In this document: positions 11,605 to 27,419 of the stretch, one piece after another
Layout of the letters: each line of letters opens with the position of its first letter
Position numbering within the stretch: position 1 is the first letter of the stretch
Source: an uncultured Chloroflexia bacterium
GTDB lineage: Bacteria > Chloroflexota > Limnocylindria > Limnocylindrales > CSP1-4
NCBI GenBank assembly: GCA_963760625.1
Contig: CAVXDU010000002.1
Location: 670,068 to 734,067 of the forward strand
Length of the DNA: 64,000 nucleotides
Direction: 5' to 3'
Made by a program: the position numbers and the translations under genes
The notes under the pieces: model-generated
The model's database searches: none
Seen by the model: the letters and a program-made list of their open reading frames with translations, nothing else
What the model was told of the DNA's origin: nothing

Positions 11605-11644
11605 GCCATGACGCCGACCCTATCGCTCAGGAGGCCAAAGCAGG

Positions 11645-12091
11645 ATGCGCGACGATCCGGACCGGCCCGACGTGTGGTGGGACGCATGGCGCGGCATCGT
11701 GTTCACCAATGCCCGCGTTCTGCGCGTGGTGTCACGGGACCTCGAGGAACACGCCGGGCTGTCGCTGGTGTTCCTGGACGTCTTGAGTCGCCTCTATGAC
11801 GCCCCGGAGCGGACACTTCGGATGCAGGAACTGCAGGACCGGCTGTTGTTCACGTACAGCGGGTTGACTCGGCTCGTCGACCGCGTCGAGGCTGCCGGAC
11901 TCGTCCGTCGGGAGCGTGTCCCCGACGATCGTCGAGGGGTCTATGTCGTGCTCACGCCCGACGGTGCCGCGACGTACGAACGCGGTATCGCGGCGCACCG
12001 GGCGGACGTTGAGCGGGTCTTCGCCAGTCGGTTGACCCGCGAACAGCATCAGGCCGTGGCCGACGCGCTCCGATCATCCTGGGAGGACTGA
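11645..12091 (+). CDS. MarR family transcriptional regulator
   Basis: Intact 148 aa. Winged-helix segment [57 protein letters not shown]. Confidence 0.85.
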   Translation: MRDDPDRPDVWWDAWRGIVFTNARVLRVVSRDLEEHAGLSLVFLDVLSRLYDAPERTLRMQELQDRLLFTYSGLTRLVDRVEAAGLVRRERVPDDRRGVYVVLTPDGAATYERGIAAHRADVERVFASRLTREQHQAVADALRSSWED

Positions 12092-12390
12092 CCGGCTCCG
12101 CGGGACGACGCGCGTACTGACCGGGCGCCTACCCGCCGATTTCGACCGCGTGTCGGCGATCGGCAGCGCAGGCGGGCGTCGCCGGACCTCTGCCGCCCGT
12201 TTCCGCCATCTATGCATCCAAGGGATGTTGGGCGCGATCTCGTGCCGCGGATCTGCCAGATATCCACCCCATGACTCTCTGGCCGGGAATTGCGCGCCAA
12301 GGGGCTGGAATCGGCCAGATCCACATCGATGTGCATGCCCAATATCCCCGGCATGCATATCTGGCAGGAGAGCGCCCAGAGCAGCTCGGA

Positions 12391-14059
<1,669 letters not shown>

Positions 14060-15202
14060 GCCGCCACCCCCACCGCCGAGCCGCTCGAGGACCGCGTCCC
14101 GGAACCCGTCGGTGCCCACCCGCGTGGCCAGGCCGGCGTCGCCGGCGCCCACCAGGTCGCCGGTCCGGAAGCCGTCGGCGAGCGCCCGTCGCACGGCGCG
14201 CCTCGATCGCCGCCGCCTCCGTCGTGGCGCCCGAACGACCAGCGCAGCATCATCGCCGCGGACAGGATGGTGGCGGCCGGATTGGCGACGCCCCTGCCCG
14301 CGATGTCCGGCGCGGAGCCGTGGATCGGCTCGTACACGCCCAGGATGCCGTGCGCGGTGCGCCGCTCGCCCAGGGATGCGGAGGGCAGCATGCCCAGCGA
14401 CCCCGCCAGCACGGACGCCTCGTCGGACAGGATGTCGCCGAACATGTTCTCGGTGACGATCACGTCGAAGATGCCGGGCGAGGTGATGAGCTGCATCGCG
14501 CAGGAATCGACCAGGCGGTGCTCCAGCTCGACGTCCGGGAACTCCGTCGCGACCTCCACGACGACCGCGCGCCACAGCCGGCTGGACGCCAGCACGTTGG
14601 CCTTGTCCACGCTCGTGACCCGGTTGCGGCGGCCGCGCGCCAGCTCGAACGCGAGCCGCGCGATGCGCGCCACCTCCGGCTCGGTGTAGAGCAGCGTGTC
14701 GTAGGCCTGGCGGCCGTGCGGGCCCGTCGTGGGTCTCGCGTGCGCTCGCCGAAGTAGAGGCCGCCGGTGAGCTCGCGCACGATGAGCATGTCCACGCCCT
14801 CGCACCAGGTCGCGGCGCAGCGGCGAGGCGCCGATGAGCGCCGGCTCCGCGGCCACCGGCCGCAGGTTGGCGAACAGGCCGAGGCCCTTGCGCAGCGCGC
14901 AGGAGCGCCTGCTCCGGCCGCACCGCGGCGCCGGGCACGTCCCACTTCGGACCACCGACCGCGCCCAGGAGCACCGCGTCCGCCGCGGCGCATGCGGCGA
15001 GGTCCTCGTCGCGCAGCGGCAGCGCCGTAGGCGTCGATGGCGACGCCGCCCATGAGGATGCTCGGACCACTCGACGCGCGAAGCCCGGACCGCTCGCCCG
15101 ACCGCGTCCACGACGTCGCCGGGCCGCGGCCACGACCTCCGGGCCGATGCCGTCGCCCGGGATGGCCGTCGACGCGCCACGGGTCCGACGCGTCACGGTC
15201 AT
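14060..15202 (-). CDS. leuB: 3-isopropylmalate dehydrogenase, frameshifted
   Basis: [161 protein letters not shown]. Confidence 0.8.
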
Positions 15203-17908
<2,706 letters not shown>

Positions 17909-17989
17909 TCCTCGGTGCTGGCGTGGAGGTGGTCGCGGCGGGCAGCGCCGGCACGGTACCGGCCTTCAGGATGGCGTCGATGTCGACGA

Positions 17990-18545
17990 CGCTGGAACCG
18001 CGGGCCATGGCCACGGTACCGGTCCGCACCAGCTCCCGGATGCCGAAGCCGCCCAGCAGCGCGACCAGGGAGTCGATCTCCTGCTCGGTGCCGCTGTGCT
18101 CCACGATGAGGCTATCAGGCGACGACGTCGATGACGCGGCCCTTGTACAGCTCGATGATGCGCAGGACCTCGGCCCGGTTGTGGTTGGTGGCGCGGACCT
18201 TGACCAGGGCCAGCTCGTGCTCGACGAGGTGCTGGTCGGGCATGTCCTGGACCTTGAGCACGTCGACCAGCCGGTACAGCTGCTTGCCCATCTGCTCCAC
18301 GGCGAAGTCGTCGCCCCGGAGGGTGACGGTCATGCGGCTGATGCCCGGTCGTTCGGTGTGGCCGACGACCAGCGACTCGATGTTGAAGTTGCGTGCCCGG
18401 ACCAGGCTCGCGACCCGGTTGAGGACACCCGGCCGGTCGTTGACGAAGACCACCACCACGTGGCGGTTGACCGAGCCGGTGCCCGGGGACGTACCGCGAC
18501 GGGTGCCGCCTTGGCGGGCGGCGCCGCCAGGGGATCGTTCATGGC
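17990..18545 (-). CDS. ilvN: acetolactate synthase small (regulatory) subunit, frameshifted
   Basis: ACT domain [75 protein letters not shown]-terminal [31 protein letters not shown]. Confidence 0.75.
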
Positions 18546-18552
18546 TGCCATG

Positions 18553-20473
18553 TCATTCGCCCTCCGGTTCCCAGGTCTCGATGAGGTCGGACAGGCCCTT
18601 GCCGGCGGGCATCATCGGGAGCACGTTCTGCTTCTCGGCGGTCTGGAACCAGACCAGCGCCGGGCCATCGACCGCCTGCGCGGCGCGGATGGCGGTATCG
18701 ACCTCCTCGGGCGTGCGTGCCCGGAAGCAGGGCACGCCGTAGGCCTCGGCGCAGCTTGGCCCAGTCCGGACCGGGCAGGTTGGACGAGTGGTAGTTGCCG
18801 CCGTAGATGATCTCCTGCCACTGGCGGATCATGCCCAGCTTGCCGTTGTCCAGGAGCGCGACCTTGACCGGGATGTGGTCGGCGACCACGGTCATGAACT
18901 CCTGGCTGGTCATCTGGAGGCCGCCGTCGCCGACGATGGCCCACGACTCCTTGTCCGGCCGGCCGAGCGCGGCGCCCATGGCGGCCGGCAGGCCGTAGCC
19001 CATCGTGCCCAGGCCACCCGACGAGAGGTGCGAGTCGGGTCGATGGAAGCCGGCGTACCGGGCCAGCCACATCTGGTGCTGGCCGACGTCCGAGCTCAGG
19101 TTGGCGTCGTGGTCGGTGAGCTCGCCCAGGCGGGCGATGACGTAGTCCGCCGACAGCAGCCCGTCGCGCCAGGCGCCCGAGCCGTGCCAGCTGACGCCCT
19201 CGGAGTCCGCGCGCCACTCGGCGAGCTGGCTGAAGTAGGCGCTCGCGCTCGTCCGCGGTCCGCTCGCGCATCAGCGGCGTGAGCGCCCGCAGCACGCGCC
19301 CGACGTCGCCCACGATGGGCACGTCCACGGCCACGTTCTTGCCGATCTCGGACGGGTCGATGTCCACGTGGACGATGCGCGCGTTCGGCGCGTAGGTGCT
19401 GACGTTGCCGGTCACCCGGTCGTCGAAGCGCATGCCGAGCGCGATGAGCAGGTCCGCCGACTGGATGGCGCGGTTGACGTGCTTCCAGCCGTGCATGCCC
19501 ATGAAGCCGTAGCTCAGCGGGTGGCGCTCGTCGATGGCGCCCACGCCCAGGAGCGTGTGCGCCACCGGGATCTGGGTCCGCTCGGCGAACGCCTTGAGCT
19601 CCTCGGTCGCCCCCGAGAGCAGGATGCCGTGGCCGGCCAGGATGACCGGCCGCTGGGCCGCTTCGATGGCCTCCGCGGCGATGCGCAGCTGCTTGGGATG
19701 GCCCTCGAAGGTGGGCTTGAAGCCGGGCAGGTCGATGGTCTCGGGGTGGGTCGGCCGTCGTCTCGGCCATCAGGGCGTCCTTGGTGATGTCGACGTGGAC
19801 CGGGCCCGGGCCGGCCGGTGCGGGCGAGGTGGAACGCCTCGGCGATGACCCGCGGGATGTCGTCCGCCTTGCGCACCAGGAAGTTGTGCTTGGTCATGGG
19901 CAGCGTGATGCCCGTGATGTCGATCTCCTGGAAGGCGTCCTTGCCGATGAGCGCGCCGGGCACGTTGCCGGTGATGGCGACCATGGGGATGGAGTCGAGC
20001 TGCGCGGTGGCGATGCCCGTGACCAGGTTGGTGGCGCCGGGGCCGGAGGTGCCGAGGCAGACGCCGACCTTGCCGCTGAGACGCGGGCGTAGCCGTCGGC
20101 CGCGTGCGCGGCGCCCTGCTCGTGGCGCACCAGGACGTGGCGGATCTCGGGATGGTCGTCCCACACGTCGTAGAGCGGCAGGATCACGCCGCCGGGATAG
20201 CCGAAGACGACGTCCACGCCCTGGCGGATGAGCGCCTCGCACAGCGACGTCCGCACCGATGCGCGTGCGGTCCTGCGGGGCCGGGCGTCGGAGAGCATCG
20301 CGATGCGGGCACGCTCGATCTCGGCGGCGGCCTCCGTGCCAGCGCCGGGGACGTGGCGGCCGATGGCCGGCGCTCGCTTGCTGGCGGCCGTGGCGGCGCC
20401 GGTCCCGGATCCGTGACGTCGCCGGGTCGGCGGGTGTCGGTGTCGCTGTCGCCCGGGACTGCTCGGTGGTCAT
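18553..20473 (-). CDS. ilvB: acetolactate synthase large (catalytic) subunit, frameshifted
   Basis: TPP-enzyme motifs across frames: [156 protein letters not shown]-terminus ...[13 protein letters not shown]. Confidence 0.85.
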
Positions 20474-20550
20474 CGGTCGTGGTCCCTTCCTGTCGTGTCG
20501 CTGGCTGTCGGTGGTCGGTGGTATGTGGTTGGCGGTCGGTCGGTCCTGAC

Positions 20551-20584
20551 AAAACGAAAGACCCTCGCCTCCCGGCGAGGGTCC
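20551..20584 (-). terminator. rho-independent terminator/attenuator in the ilvB leader: GACCCTCGCC-GGGA-GGCGAGGGTC followed by TTTCGTTTTG on the minus strand
   Basis: Perfect 10-bp GC stem with 4-nt loop (20561-20584). U-tract corresponds to 20551-20560. Lies about 90 nt upstream of ilvB start 20473 in a locally AT-richer stretch. Confidence 0.55.
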
Positions 20585-20621
20585 TGGTGGATCGTGGTCC
20601 TGGGCCGCTTTCGCGGTGTCC

Positions 20622-20738
20622 CTACCTCGGTCGTCCTCCAGTCTCCCGCCGGGAGCCGGTAAGGATGCCAATAAGCTCGAGCACTACGAGCTCGAGCTTG
20701 GCGAGAAGGGATACCTCGGCGTCATCCGGCAGCTGCAT
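20622..20738 (-). CDS. candidate ilvBNC leader peptide (38 aa) rich in Leu/Val/Ile codons
   Basis: Minus-strand [41 protein letters not shown]. Its stop lies about 40 nt upstream of the terminator hairpin that precedes ilvB. Confidence 0.45.
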   Translation of the reverse strand: MQLPDDAEVSLLAKLELVVLELIGILTGSRRETGGRPR

Positions 20739-20946
20739 GGGCACACGCCGACCATCCGCGCGGATCGCGACGGCGACGAGGCGACGATGCCGGTGCTGCT
20801 GACCCATCAGGCCACGAAGCTCCTTCTGTGGAGGTAGGTCCCGACTGTACACGACTCTCGCGCACCGTGTCCACCCACTGCGAAGGTCCGGTCGCACGTG
20901 GCCCCTTCGGCGGCCCGCTGCCGGGACCCTACTCGCCGCAGCCAGC

Positions 20947-21941
20947 CTACTCCGGTGGCCCCAGCACGTGGAACATGCCGTCAGGAGTCTCGGGGAGCGG
21001 CAGGATCGCGTGCGCCGCCTCGTATTTGCGGAGGCTACTCATACCGGGATCCACGTAACGCAGGGTCGGATGCCCCACGAAGGGTCGGACGATCTCGGGC
21101 GAGGCGTGTCGCCAGTCGATGAGTGCGAGCGCCTCCAGACCGGGTGCCTCGGCCAGGGGGGCCAGGTCAGTCAGGCCGCGCATGACCTCGAGCCATACGC
21201 GTCGCAACGACGTGGCGCGGCGGAAGGAAGGGAGCCTCGTCACCTGCTTCTGACCATAGAGGAACAGCGTCTCGAGTGCCTCCATCTCCCCGATGGGGTC
21301 GACATCGGAGAGACCACGGGTCCACTCGATCTTCAGGACACGTACAGCGTCCGATGTCCGGTAGTGCTCGCAGGTCGGTGACACCGCCGAGTCGGATCCG
21401 CAACGTCGACAGCTTCTGCAACGGCCGCAGGAACTCCAGGTCCCGGGTGCGCACGGACGAGAGCATCAGCCAGTCGAGTCCCTGGAGTTCCCCGACCACC
21501 TCGAGTTCGCGGAACGGCCCGTGCAAGAACAGCACCCGCAGATCGCCGGAATCGGGCAAGGGGGCCGAGCCGCACCGGCGACCGCGACTCGACCCAGAAC
21601 GAATCCAGGTCGGGGCTCAGCCATCCCAGCCCGTCGAGGGTATCCACCCGTTCGAGGTCCAGGCGGAGCCTCCGGAGCCTCGGGAAGTGCTGCAGGAAGT
21701 CGAGGTCAGTGATCAGGTTGCCATATGCCTGGAGCTGGATGTCCGGGCGACCCTCGAGCGCCGCCGCGAGTTGACGGAACTCGGCCGTGCTGAGGTCGCC
21801 GCGGGACCGCACCGTCCGGAGTCGCAGATCGGAGAAATCAAGGCTGGCCCGGCTCAAGGGCGGCTCCAGGTACCGCCACGAGGCATTCGAGTCCGCCAAT
21901 CTGTTTCCGGTACCACTCCTCGGACAGTGCCACCACGCCAC
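20947..21941 (-). CDS. leucine-rich repeat (LRR) domain protein, frameshifted
   Basis: Repeated LxxLxLxxxxxxDLxxL units: [160 protein letters not shown]. No catalytic domain recognised. Confidence 0.55.
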
Positions 21942-22091
21942 CCTGGATGTCCGACCCAGAGGTGCCTATCACCCAAGCGGTGCAGTACGTCCGCATCCAG
22001 ATCGTCGCCGAGGCGCACGCGAGGTGCGTCCGTGGCGTCTGGTACGCTCAGGCAACCGGGCAACAACCGCGCCCGCCGCACTCAAGGACCC

Positions 22092-23560
22092 ATGTCTCAC
22101 GCCGTCCACGACCCCGACACTGACCGCTCGCTCCGCGCACGCTCGTCCAGAAGATCTGGGACGAGCATGTCGTGTTCGAGGAGGCCGGCGCGCCGAGCGT
22201 CATCGGCATCGACCTGCACCTCGTCCACGAGGTCACCAGCCCCCAGGCGTTCGAGGGCCTCCGGCAGCCGCGGCCTGACGGTCCGCCACCCGGAGCGGAC
22301 GGTCGCGACCGCGGACCACTCCACGCCCACGACGCCCCTCAGCCTGCCCATCCTCGACCAGCAGGCCGCGTTCCAGGTCGCCCAGCTGGAGCGCAACTGC
22401 GCCGAGTTCGGCGTCCCGGTCTACTCCCGCGGCTCGGACCACCAGGGCATCGTCCATGTCATCGGGCCCGAGCTGGGCCTGACGCAGCCGGGCATGACCA
22501 TCGTGTGCGGCGACTCGCACACCGCGACCCACGGCGCGTTCGGGGCGCTGGCGTTCGGCATCGGCACGTCCGAGGTCGAGATGGTGCTGGCCACCCAGAC
22601 GCTGCTCCAGCGACCACCAGCGCTCGTACGAGGTGCGCGTCGACGGGCAGCTCGAGCCGGGTGTCACGGCCAAGGACATCATCCTCAACCTCATCTCGCG
22701 CATCGGCGTCGGGTGGCGGCACCGGCCACGTGTTCGAGTACCGCGGCGAGGCCATCCGGGGCCTCTCGATGGAAGAGCGGATGACCATCTGCAACATGTC
22801 CATCGAGGGCGGCGCGCGCGCCGGCCTCATCGCGCCCGACGAGACCACCTTCGAGTACGTCCGGGGCAAGCCCCACGCACCGAGGGGCGCCGACTGGGAC
22901 GCCGCGGTCGCCCGCTGGCGGACCGCTGCCCTCCGACCCCGGCGCGGTCTACGAGAAGTCGATCGTCATCGACGCCTCCGCGCTGGAGCCGATGATCACC
23001 TACGGCACCAACCCGGGCATGGGCATGGGCATCACCGCGGCCGTGCCCAGCCCCGACGCCGAGCCGGACGAGGCCGGCAAGCGCGCCCTCACCCACGCGC
23101 TCGACTACATGGGCCTCAGCGCCGGCCAGTCGCTGCTGGGCCAGAAGGTGGACATCGTGTTCATCGGCTCCTGCACCAACAGCCGCATCAGCGACCTGCG
23201 CGAGGCGGCCGACATCTTCCGCGGCAACCACGTCGCGGACGGCCTGCGGGTCATGGTCGTGCCCGGCAGCGCCCAGGTGAAGGCACAGGCCGAGCGCGAG
23301 GGCCTCGACGACGTCTTCCGGTCGGCCGGCGCCGAGTGGCGCGAGGCCGGCTGCTCCATGTGCATCGCCATGAACGGCGACCAGGGCGCGCCCGGCCAGT
23401 ACATCGTGTCCACCAGCAACCGCAACTTCGAGGGACGCCAGGGCAAGGGCGCCCGCACCTTCCTCGCCTCACCCCTCACCGCCGCTGCCACCGCGCTGGC
23501 GGGCGTGGTCAGCGATCCGCGGCCGCTCGTCGGCCGCATGCAGCCGTCGGAGGCCACTGA
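22092..23560 (+). CDS. leuC: 3-isopropylmalate dehydratase large subunit, frameshifted
   Basis: [149 protein letters not shown]. Confidence 0.85.
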
Positions 23561-23612
23561 ACACGGGACCGCCGGCCCGAACCGTCAGACGCACCCGCAC
23601 AGGAGCCGCCAG

Positions 23613-24245
23613 ATGCCTGAGCCGTACACGCACCTTCAGCAGCAAGCTCATCCCGCTGCCCGCCGAGAACGTCGACACCGACCAGATCATCCCCGCCCGA
23701 TTCCTCAAGACGACCGAGAAGTCGGGCCTCGCGAGCGCCCTGTTCAACGACTGGCGCTACCTGCCGGACGGCAGCCCCAACCCGGACTTCGTGCTCAACC
23801 AGCCCGAGATGCAGGGCCGCCAGGTGCTGCTCGTGGGCGACAACTTCGGCGCCGGCTCGTCCCGCGAGCACGCGCCGTGGGCGCTCACCGCGTGGGGCAT
23901 CAAGGCCATCATCAGCACCTCGTTCGCGGACATCTTCCGAACAACTCGCATGAAGAACGGGCTGCTGCCCATCGTGGTCGACCCGGCCACGCACCAGCGG
24001 CATCACGGAGATGCTCGAGGCCGACCCGGACGCGGGGGTCACCGTCGACCTGTCCGAGCTGGGCCTGCTGCTGCCGGACGGCTCGACGGTCGACTTCGAG
24101 GTCGACCCGTTCGCGCGCCAGATGATGCTGGCGGGCACCGACGAGATCGGCTGGGTGCTGCAGCGGTCCGAGCGCCATCGACGCCTGGGAGGCGACCCAT
24201 CCAGCACGGGTCGACACCCGACCCGTCCCGGCCGCGGCCGGCTGA
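23613..24245 (+). CDS. leuD: 3-isopropylmalate dehydratase small subunit, frameshifted
   Basis: ATG 23613 with aggag [86 protein letters not shown] at 24243. Confidence 0.85.
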
Positions 24246-24255
24246 GGGAGACGAG

Positions 24256-24643
24256 ATGCCCGCCGACCCGAACGTCGTCCGCAAGCTGTACGAGGCACGC
24301 CAGGGGACGAACCTGGAGGCCGCCGCCGAGCTCATCGCGCCGGATGTCATCTGGCACGAGCCGTACGAGTACCTCGGCACCCTCAACGGCCGCGAGGCGG
24401 TCATGGACGCCATCCGCCAGTCGATGGTGGAGACCGAGGGCACCTTCAAGCTGGTGCTCACCGACCTGCTGGCCAGCGACGAGCACGTGGTGGCGCTCGT
24501 CGACTTCTCCGCGCGAACGCCACGGCGGCTGGATGTCCGGCCGCGAGATCGGCGTGTTCAAGGTCGCCGACGGCATGATCACCGAGGTCTGGTTCTACAC
24601 CGCCGAGGACCCGGACGCCGTCTCGGAGTTCATGCGCGGCTGA
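24256..24643 (+). CDS. NTF2-like / SnoaL-like small protein, one frameshift
   Basis: [87 protein letters not shown]...[34 protein letters not shown]. Typical of the SnoaL/ketosteroid-isomerase fold. Confidence 0.5.
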
Positions 24644-24653
24644 GGTCCGGCCG

Positions 24654-25962
24654 CTACGGCACCACCATCCGGACGCGGTTGTTGAGCCCGTCCTCGATGA
24701 ACAGGGCCCCATCCCGGTAGGCGAGGCCCTGGGGCCCGGTCAGCCGTGCGGCGGCGGCCGGTCCACAATCACCCGCGAACCCGCTGCCCCCGTGGACATC
24801 CCCTGCGACGGTGGAGATGGTGCCAGCCGCGTCGACCCTGCGCACGCCGTTGCGTTGCCACTCGGTGAAGTAGAGGTCGCCATCGCCGGTCGAGGCCATC
24901 GAGAATGGCGATCCCGTGAGCGTGGCGTCGATCGCCGGGCCACCGTCCCCGCCAAGCGCCAGACCCTTGCTCTGTCCGACGATGGTCGTGACCGTACCGG
25001 CCGGATCCACCTTGCGGATCCGTTGGTTGCTCGGGTCGGACAGGTAGACCGTGCCGTCAGGCGCAACGTGCCCCAGCGGCCACGGAGTCGCCGAACTGGG
25101 CATCGACGGCCAGGCCGCCATCGCCTGAGTAGCCTGCGACACCGGTTCCGGCGAACGCATGGATGACGCCCGCGGCATCGATCCTGCGCACGTTGTTGGC
25201 ATCGTCCAGGTACACGTCGCCCGCGGGCCCGATGACGACCCGCCCGGCGCCCGACCTGGGCATCGGATGCCTTGCCCTCGTTCCCGGCGGACCCGGACAC
25301 ACCGGTGCCGGCGATCGAGGTGATGGAGCCATCGACGGCCCGCTTCCAGATGCGGCTGCACCCGGATCGGCGACATAGAGGTCCCCCGCCGCATCGAACG
25401 CGAGGCCGCCCGGTTTCACGAATGGCGCGCCGGTGGCTGTTCGCCGCCACCGTCGTGATGACGCCGTCGGTCCCGATGCGGCGTGACGGCCGCCCCAGGC
25501 GGGTCCGTGAAGTACAAGGCTCCATCGGGACCGACGATCGAGGTCTCCGCTGAAGCCGGACATGTGCCCACGTCCGGACCATCGCGTCCGTCGCGGGCCC
25601 CTCGTCACCGGAATAGCCCGGCCACGCCGGTCCCGGCTATGGTGGCGATGTCGCCGCTCTTCGAGCACGGTGCCGGCCGGACAGGCCGTGGGTGGCAACG
25701 GCGGAGGTGCGACCGCCGCCGGTTGCGTGGTGTGGCTGACGATGATGGGGACGGAGATGACGGCCGCGGCGACCGCGGCGACCGCAGCGATGCGGACGAG
25801 TCCGATCGATACGAGGCTTCCTCCACGGGACCCATCGGCCCCGCTCCTGTGGGGTGTTCATGACAGTCAGCAGGATCGCCTCGACCGCGTGGTCGGGGGC
25901 CTGCATGGGGCCGGCCTCCAGCCAGCCGCGGAGGTCCCGCTCGAAGGCGCGTTCGTCGTTCA
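24654..25962 (-). CDS. membrane protein with cytoplasmic N-terminal domain, single TM helix and extracellular NHL-repeat beta-propeller (PknD-sensor-like); candidate anti-sigma factor, frameshifted
   Basis: Starts [39 protein letters not shown], overlapping the sigma stop (ATGA). TM helix [29 protein letters not shown] motifs [107 protein letters not shown]. Confidence 0.5.
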
Positions 25963-26535
25963 TGCGGGCCGAGCTCCCAGGTCCACATGCAGCGCATCGG
26001 CTTCCATGGCCGTTCGCATCGCACGCGTCGCGTAATGCAGTCGTGAGCGGGCCGTGCCGGCCGGGATGCCGAGCGTCTCGGCGACCTCGACGAGCGGCAG
26101 GCCCAGGTAGTGGTGCAGGACGACGATCACCCGCTGCTCCATCGGCAGCCGGACGAACGCCCGTCAAGCTGGTCTCGGTCGACTACCCGCTGGCTGCCGT
26201 CGGGCGACGGTCGGACCCTCGAATCGGGATCGACAGTGATGGCGGCGGAGCGGCGGCGGCGCCGGCCGGCTTCCGCGTAGCAGGCATGGACCAGGATCCG
26301 CCGGATCCAGGCATCGAACCGGTCCACATCTCGCAGCCGAGGCAGCTGTCGCCAGCGTCGTGACGAGGGCGTCCTGCAGGGCGTCCTCGGCCAGGTCGGC
26401 ATCCCGAAGGATCCGGTACGCGACCGCGAACAGCGGGTCGCTGACCTGGTGCACCAGCACAGCGAACGCGTCACGGTCACCCCGACGGGCGAGTTCGACG
26501 AGGTCTTGATCCACCTCGGCCTCTTGCGTGCGCAC
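25960..26535 (-). CDS. ECF-type RNA polymerase sigma-70 family factor, one frameshift
   Basis: Region 2: DQDLVELARRGDRDAFAVLVHQVSDPLFAVAYRILRDADLAEDALQDALV, then DRFDAWIRRILVHACYAEAGRRRRR. Region 4 HTH: MEQRVIVVLHHYLGLPLVEVAETLGIPAGTARSRLHYATRAMR. Confidence 0.7.
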
Positions 26536-26650
26536 CTGGGTGGTGCGCGTCTTCCACTATGAGTGGAGCTCCGCCCGAAACGTTCACACGGCTGACCGAC
26601 GGGCATCCGTCAAGGTCATCGCCCTCCGTTGCGATGTATACTGCACACAT

Positions 26651-26932
26651 ATGAAGCGGACGCAGGTCTATCTGACCCACGACCAGGATCGGCGCCTGGG
26701 CGAGATCGCGGAGGAGCGCGGCACGTCACGGGCAGGCGCACTGCGCTGGGCTCTGGACATGGTGCTGGAGACGGGCGACGCCGGAATCAGAATCCCGGGC
26801 GGTGATCCTGGGCACGGCGGGCATCCTGTCGGACTACCCCGACTGGCCCGAGTGGCAGCGCTCGATCCGCGGCCGGACCGCGGCCGAGCGCCTGGAAACC
26901 CCTGGGCGACTGGCACGCGTGCGACCGGCCTG
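26651..26932 (+). CDS. vapB: type II antitoxin, ribbon-helix-helix (CopG/VapB-like)
   Basis: MKRTQVYLTHDQDRRLGEIAEERGTSRAGALRWALDMVLE. TGA overlaps the GTG of the downstream PIN gene. Possible frameshift in the C-terminal half. Confidence 0.6.
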
Positions 26933-26933
26933 A

Positions 26934-27313
26934 CCCGGGTGATCGTGCTGGACACGTCCGTGCTCATCGCGCACCTGCGCGGCGACGATCGGGCGACCAG
27001 CTTCCTGCTTGCTATCCCGACCGCCGGATCGGTCGGCGAGCGTCCTCGCCCGCATCGAGGTCGAAGGTGGCATGCGCAGCGGACGAGCGACGTCCCGTGG
27101 CGAGCCTGTTCGGCGTGCATGCGGTTGCTGCCGGTCACCGACCAGATCGCGCGCCGAGCGGGGGAGATGCTGCGCGCGTATCGACGGTCTCACTCGGGCA
27201 TCGACCTCGTGGACTACGCCGTTGCGGCAACGGCGGAGGTCCACGGCGCCCGGCTGGCGACCCTGAATGTCAAGCACTTCCCGATGTTCCCGGACCTCGT
27301 GCCGCCGTACTGA
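26934..27313 (+). CDS. vapC: PIN-domain ribonuclease toxin (VapC-like), frameshifted
   Basis: VIVLDTSVLIAHLRGDDRATSFL (first acidic residue of a PIN domain), LLPVTDQIARRAGEMLRAYRRSHSGIDLVDYAVAATAEVHGARLATLNVKHFPMFPDL. Confidence 0.6.
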
Positions 27314-27363
27314 GGCGATCCCGGCACGACTCCACGGACACCCGCCAGGTCGGACGCCCTCCT

Positions 27364-27400
27364 GCAAACGAAACAGCCGCCCGGTGGGTCCGGGCGGCTG
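27364..27400 (-). terminator. rho-independent terminator downstream of the SBP gene: CAGCCGCCCGG-(5 nt)-CCGGGCGGCTG followed by TTTCGTTTGC on the minus strand
   Basis: 11-bp perfect stem 27374-27400, U-tract 27364-27373. Same hairpin-then-TTTCGTTT design as the ilvB attenuator. Confidence 0.5.
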
Positions 27401-27419
27401 TGACTGACCGCGGGTCGGG

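Noticed and set aside
20616-20837. Plus-strand 73-aa ORF in the ilvB leader region
   Set aside because: It is antisense to the much better-supported minus-strand leader peptide plus attenuator and has no RBS or similarity.
21276-22784. 502-aa plus-strand ORF
   Set aside because: Only the part from about 22330 is real leuC sequence. The upstream 1 kb is antisense to the LRR gene and is compositionally an artefact.
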